Shown here piece after piece: positions 60,825-64,000 of a DNA stretch of 64,000 nucleotides (positions are counted from its first letter, which is position 1; every line of letters starts with the position of its first letter). The translations under genes and the position numbers were made by a program. Location of the stretch: NCBI GenBank assembly GCA_963768655.1, contig CAVYIM010000004.1, forward strand, positions 512,001-576,000, in the 5' to 3' direction. This DNA comes from an uncultured Chloroflexia bacterium (GTDB lineage Bacteria > Chloroflexota > Limnocylindria > Limnocylindrales > CSP1-4). The notes beneath the pieces are model-generated. The model worked only from the letters and a program-made list of their open reading frames with translations. It was not told the DNA's origin and did no database searches.

Positions 60825-61625
60825 TCAGGCCGCCAGATCGCGCCTGTCGAAGGCAACGATCGCAAGGGCGAGGAAGACGGCCGCGACGGCGCAAAGCACG
60901 GCCGCGTCGCCGAGATTCAAACCGTTGCGGAGCGGATCGTCGCCCATGTAGTAGCGGAAAAGCGAGAGTGGCCGGACGGTCCTGAGGCCGTCCACGATCG
61001 AACTGAGCGCGTCGATCAGATACATGGCCACCAGCAGCGCGACCGTCACGCCGATGGCGGCGCCACGATTGCCGGTGCCGGCCGAGATGGCCAGGGCGAT
61101 GTTCCCGAACGCCAGGCCCAGCAGAACGAGCATCAGCAGCGCCGCGGCGAGTGGACCGGGCGGCAGCGGGCTGGCGCTGATGGCCGCGCCCGCGATGGCG
61201 AAGACCCACAAGACGATGACGCACACGATGCAGGCCAACACGACGGCCAACCATTTCTCGAGGACGACATGGCGACGCGACACCGGGTAGGAGAGAAGGA
61301 TGTCGATCGTGCCGCGCGACTCCTCGCCGGCCGTGAATCCGCTCGCCATTCCGGCGGCGAACGCGACCATCGCGGCGGGCAGGATCATCGAGAACAGCTC
61401 GATGTGAAGGAAGCCGACGAGGCTGTTCGCGTCTCCCGCGCTTGCGCCGAGCAGTCGGGCGGCCGGCCCCATCTTCTCGAGGAGCGATTCCATATCAACT
61501 ATCTTCGAGTAGGTGGGGAAGAGAATTGCGAAGTAGGCGGTCATCACCGCACACCCGAGACTCACCCCGAACGTAGGCCATCGCAAATCGCGGATGGTCT
61601 TCGTGAAGACGTTACGCAGCAGCAT
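60825..61625 (-). CDS. ABC-2 type transporter permease
   Basis: AGEESRGTIDILLSYPVSR..V..EK, SLFRYY, FDRRDL. Confidence 0.88.
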   Translation of the reverse strand: MLLRNVFTKTIRDLRWPTFGVSLGCAVMTAYFAILFPTYSKIVDMESLLEKMGPAARLLGASAGDANSLVGFLHIELFSMILPAAMVAFAAGMASGFTAGEESRGTIDILLSYPVSRRHVVLEKWLAVVLACIVCVIVLWVFAIAGAAISASPLPPGPLAAALLMLVLLGLAFGNIALAISAGTGNRGAAIGVTVALLVAMYLIDALSSIVDGLRTVRPLSLFRYYMGDDPLRNGLNLGDAAVLCAVAAVFLALAIVAFDRRDLAA

Positions 61626-62547
61626 GGCCAGCCTCCCGCGCTGCCGTCTCGTCCGCAGCCTCACCCGATCCATAATAGGCCATGAATATCTCTTCGAGGC
61701 TCGTGTCGATGCTGCGAATACTGCGAACCTCGAATCGGGCCGCGGCTTTGATCAACGCATCGACGCTGCCCATCACTGTGCAACGAAGAGTGCCATCATC
61801 TACGACCAGCTCGCTCACACCTGGTAGGTTCGAGAAGGCTTCCGCCTCAACACGTTCGCCGAAATCGATCTCGAGGCGGCGCAGGGCCCGTTCTTTCAAT
61901 GCCGCGATCGTTTCGACAGCCAGCAATCGGCCCTCGCGAATGATGCCGACGCGATCGCACAGGTGCTCGACCTCGGGCAGCTGGTGCGACGAGATGAATA
62001 CGGTCCGACCTTCGCCGCGGGCCTCTTCGCAGAGGCGTTCGAACTCGAGCTGGACGAAGGGATCGAGGCCGGCCGTGGGTTCGTCGAGGATCAGCAGCTC
62101 GGGCCGGATCATGAATGCCGAGACGAGGCCGACCTTCTGCTTGTTGCCGCGCGACAGGGCCTTGATCCTCCTGGTCGGGTCGAGCTCGAGGCGCTCGATC
62201 AGGCTCTCGCGGTAGGCCGCGTCGACCTGGCCCTGGAGATTCCCGAGGTAGGTCAGCAGCTGACGGCCGGTCAGCTCGCTGTACAGGGAGAGCTCGCCGG
62301 GCACGTAGCTGGTCCGCCGGTCGATGGCCAGCCGGTCCCGATGGACGTCCAGGCCGAGGACGCGGGCCTGGCCGCCGGTGGGCCGTATCAGGTCGAGCAG
62401 CAACCTGATCGTCGTTGACTTGCCGGCACCGTTGGGGCCCAGAAAGCCGAAGATCTGGCCGGCCTCCACCAGCAGGTCGACGTCGACGATTCCGCGGGCG
62501 CGGCCATAGCGCTTCGTGAGACCTCGAGTCTCGATCGCGGCGGTCAT
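61612..62547 (-). CDS. ABC transporter ATP-binding protein
   Basis: GPNGAGKST, LSRGNKQK, LILDEPTAGLD, SSH. Confidence 0.95.
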   Translation of the reverse strand: MTAAIETRGLTKRYGRARGIVDVDLLVEAGQIFGFLGPNGAGKSTTIRLLLDLIRPTGGQARVLGLDVHRDRLAIDRRTSYVPGELSLYSELTGRQLLTYLGNLQGQVDAAYRESLIERLELDPTRRIKALSRGNKQKVGLVSAFMIRPELLILDEPTAGLDPFVQLEFERLCEEARGEGRTVFISSHQLPEVEHLCDRVGIIREGRLLAVETIAALKERALRRLEIDFGERVEAEAFSNLPGVSELVVDDGTLRCTVMGSVDALIKAAARFEVRSIRSIDTSLEEIFMAYYGSGEAADETAAREAGHAAA

Positions 62548-62854
62548 CAGCGAAGCCTCCTCTTCGACCGGTGGAGCGCTCTCGCTCTCGGGGTTGGCCA
62601 GCCAAGTATCGAGCCTGGGCCGCGAGTCGGCCAGCCGGGCGGCCCGTTCAGGCCATCGGAACCCCCCGGGCGCCCCATGACCCTACGGCAAACGGCCGAC
62701 TACGGAGGTCCCTCCACGAACGACCGGCTCAAGCCGGGAGTACACCTACACGCCCTCCCTGCCGAATGCTTCAGGCCAGATCGCAGGACGTGATCCGCTC
62801 CTCACTCTTCGACGGACCGTCCGCCAGGACAGGTAGCCCCAAGGATTGGCCGAA

Positions 62855-63556
62855 ATGTCGATCGCCAGCTATCCCGTACAGGACCGTCGCGGAGGCCGCC
62901 CCGCGGCGGTGCCGCCGCGACCGACCCGGGCAGTGACTCACGCTCTCATCATCCACCAGGCCGAGATCGTCCGTCTCGGAGTCTCCACGATGCTCGCCAG
63001 CGGGTCGGCCTGCGAAGTTGCCAGCGCCGCCTCCGTCTACGAAGCCTTCCGACTCGCGTCGGACGTCCACCCGCAGCTCGTTCTGTTCGACTTCACGCCT
63101 GCCGAAGGACCCGAGGTGTGCCGGCTACTGGCCGCCCTCTGGCCCAAGCCCCGATTGATCGCCCTGGTCACGCGCGGCCGCGAAGTTGCGCCCGGCGATT
63201 GTCTGGGTGGCGGCGCGGACGCCGCGATGCTCATCGACAACGTCAACCGCGACACCTTCCTGATGCTCGTTCGGCGAGTGATGGACGGCCTCGGCCCCAT
63301 CGTCGCCGGCTTCCCGACGGCCGGGGAGCACCTGGGCGCCGCCCTGGTTGACGAAGGCCCGGTTTCGCTGCTGACTCCGCGCGAGCGCGAGATGCTGTAC
63401 CTCATCGGCCAGGGCCTCTCCAACCGCGAGATCGCCGAGTCCCTGGTCCTGTCGGTGAAGACGGTCGAGGCCCACCGGGCCAATCTCAGCCGCAAGCTCA
63501 ACGTCCGATCTCGCGCCGGGCTGATGCGCCTCGCCCTGACCGGCAGCCTGGCCTGA
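62855..63556 (+). CDS. LuxR/NarL-type regulator with an atypical receiver domain
   Basis: C-terminal LTPREREML..IGQGLSNREIAE.L..SVKTVEAHR; the receiver has IIHQ in place of the acidic pair. Confidence 0.88.
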   Translation: MSIASYPVQDRRGGRPAAVPPRPTRAVTHALIIHQAEIVRLGVSTMLASGSACEVASAASVYEAFRLASDVHPQLVLFDFTPAEGPEVCRLLAALWPKPRLIALVTRGREVAPGDCLGGGADAAMLIDNVNRDTFLMLVRRVMDGLGPIVAGFPTAGEHLGAALVDEGPVSLLTPREREMLYLIGQGLSNREIAESLVLSVKTVEAHRANLSRKLNVRSRAGLMRLALTGSLA

Positions 63557-63559
63557 GCC

Positions 63560-63856
63560 GTGATCCCGCTGACGCGTACCGACGGCACGGCCGTCCTGGT
63601 GAACCCCGATCGAATCGAAACGATCGAGGAGACGCCGGACACCATCATCACCCTTGCCGACGGCAAGAAGCTGCTGGTCCGCGAAACCGCGACTGAGGTC
63701 GCGACGCGCTTCCACTACTACCAGCGCTCGCTACACGTAGACGCCAGGTTCGGCGGCCGGCGGGCCTACGACCCGCCCCAGGCCATGGACCCGGCGCTGT
63801 ACGAGCACCCCAACCGTGGGCGCCTCCGCGCCTACGACGACTCCGGCAAGGGCTAG
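63560..63856 (+). CDS. flbD: Flagellar FlbD/SwrD family protein
   Basis: MIPLTRTDG...VNPDRIETIEETPDTIITL.DGKK..VRET. Confidence 0.88.
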   Translation: MIPLTRTDGTAVLVNPDRIETIEETPDTIITLADGKKLLVRETATEVATRFHYYQRSLHVDARFGGRRAYDPPQAMDPALYEHPNRGRLRAYDDSGKG

Positions 63857-63862
63857 ACCGAG

Positions 63863-64000
63863 ATGGATTCTCGGCATCGGCATCATGGTCTGCATCATCG
63901 CCATGATGGTCGCCGACGTCCTGGATGGCGGCTCGCCGGTTGCTTTCCTCAATCCCTCGGCGATCCTGCTGATCTTCGGCGCGACCTTCGGAGCGACGAT
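63863..64000 (+). CDS. motA: Flagellar motor stator MotA, 5' part (apparent extra G after the ATG)
   Basis: ILGIGIMVCIIAMMVADVLDGGSPVAFLNPSAILLIFGATFGAT directly after flbD. Confidence 0.75.
   Translation, partial: MDSRHRHHGLHHRHDGRRRPGWRLAGCFPQSLGDPADLRRDLRSDD

Noticed and set aside
62640-62850. c-di-GMP riboswitch upstream of the motility genes (GGCAAA seen)
   Set aside because: The GAAA tetraloop and GCAAAGC/receptor elements of the GEMM motif are not recognisable.

Overview
High-GC bacterial DNA. The gene style suggests a monoderm, possibly Chloroflexota; this is an inference. Three themes stand out. (1) Potassium homeostasis: a kdp(G-like)FABC operon with a split KdpD (stand-alone KdpD-N/USP protein), two separate DUF4118-GAF histidine kinase/KdpE-like pairs, and a KimA-type APC transporter. 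Both K+ uptake operons begin with a homologous uncharacterised small gene and share a GTT(T/G)AG-N5-GTT(T/G)AG box exactly 56 nt upstream of the start codon. (2) A ~17 kb composite island (17955-35074). Its core is a ~11 kb large-serine-recombinase element carrying a replication/regulation module, a Panacea-MazF TA pair, an HNH nuclease and an MTase-Mrr fusion. On both sides lies an integron-like array of small single-gene cassettes encoding surface or membrane proteins, each bounded by related sites (core GG-AGTNGNG-CC) that resemble a tRNA-Pro T-arm. This array is the strongest candidate for an undescribed system. (3) Housekeeping, efflux and motility genes: TetR-MFS, MarR-RND, peptidases, a TM0106 nuclease-helicase, xylB, an ABC transporter, LuxR-flbD-motA, and a chemoreceptor with a circularly permuted sugar-binding domain inserted in its cytoplasmic part. 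Apparent single-base frameshifts are common, mostly inside the island, so some may be sequencing errors.
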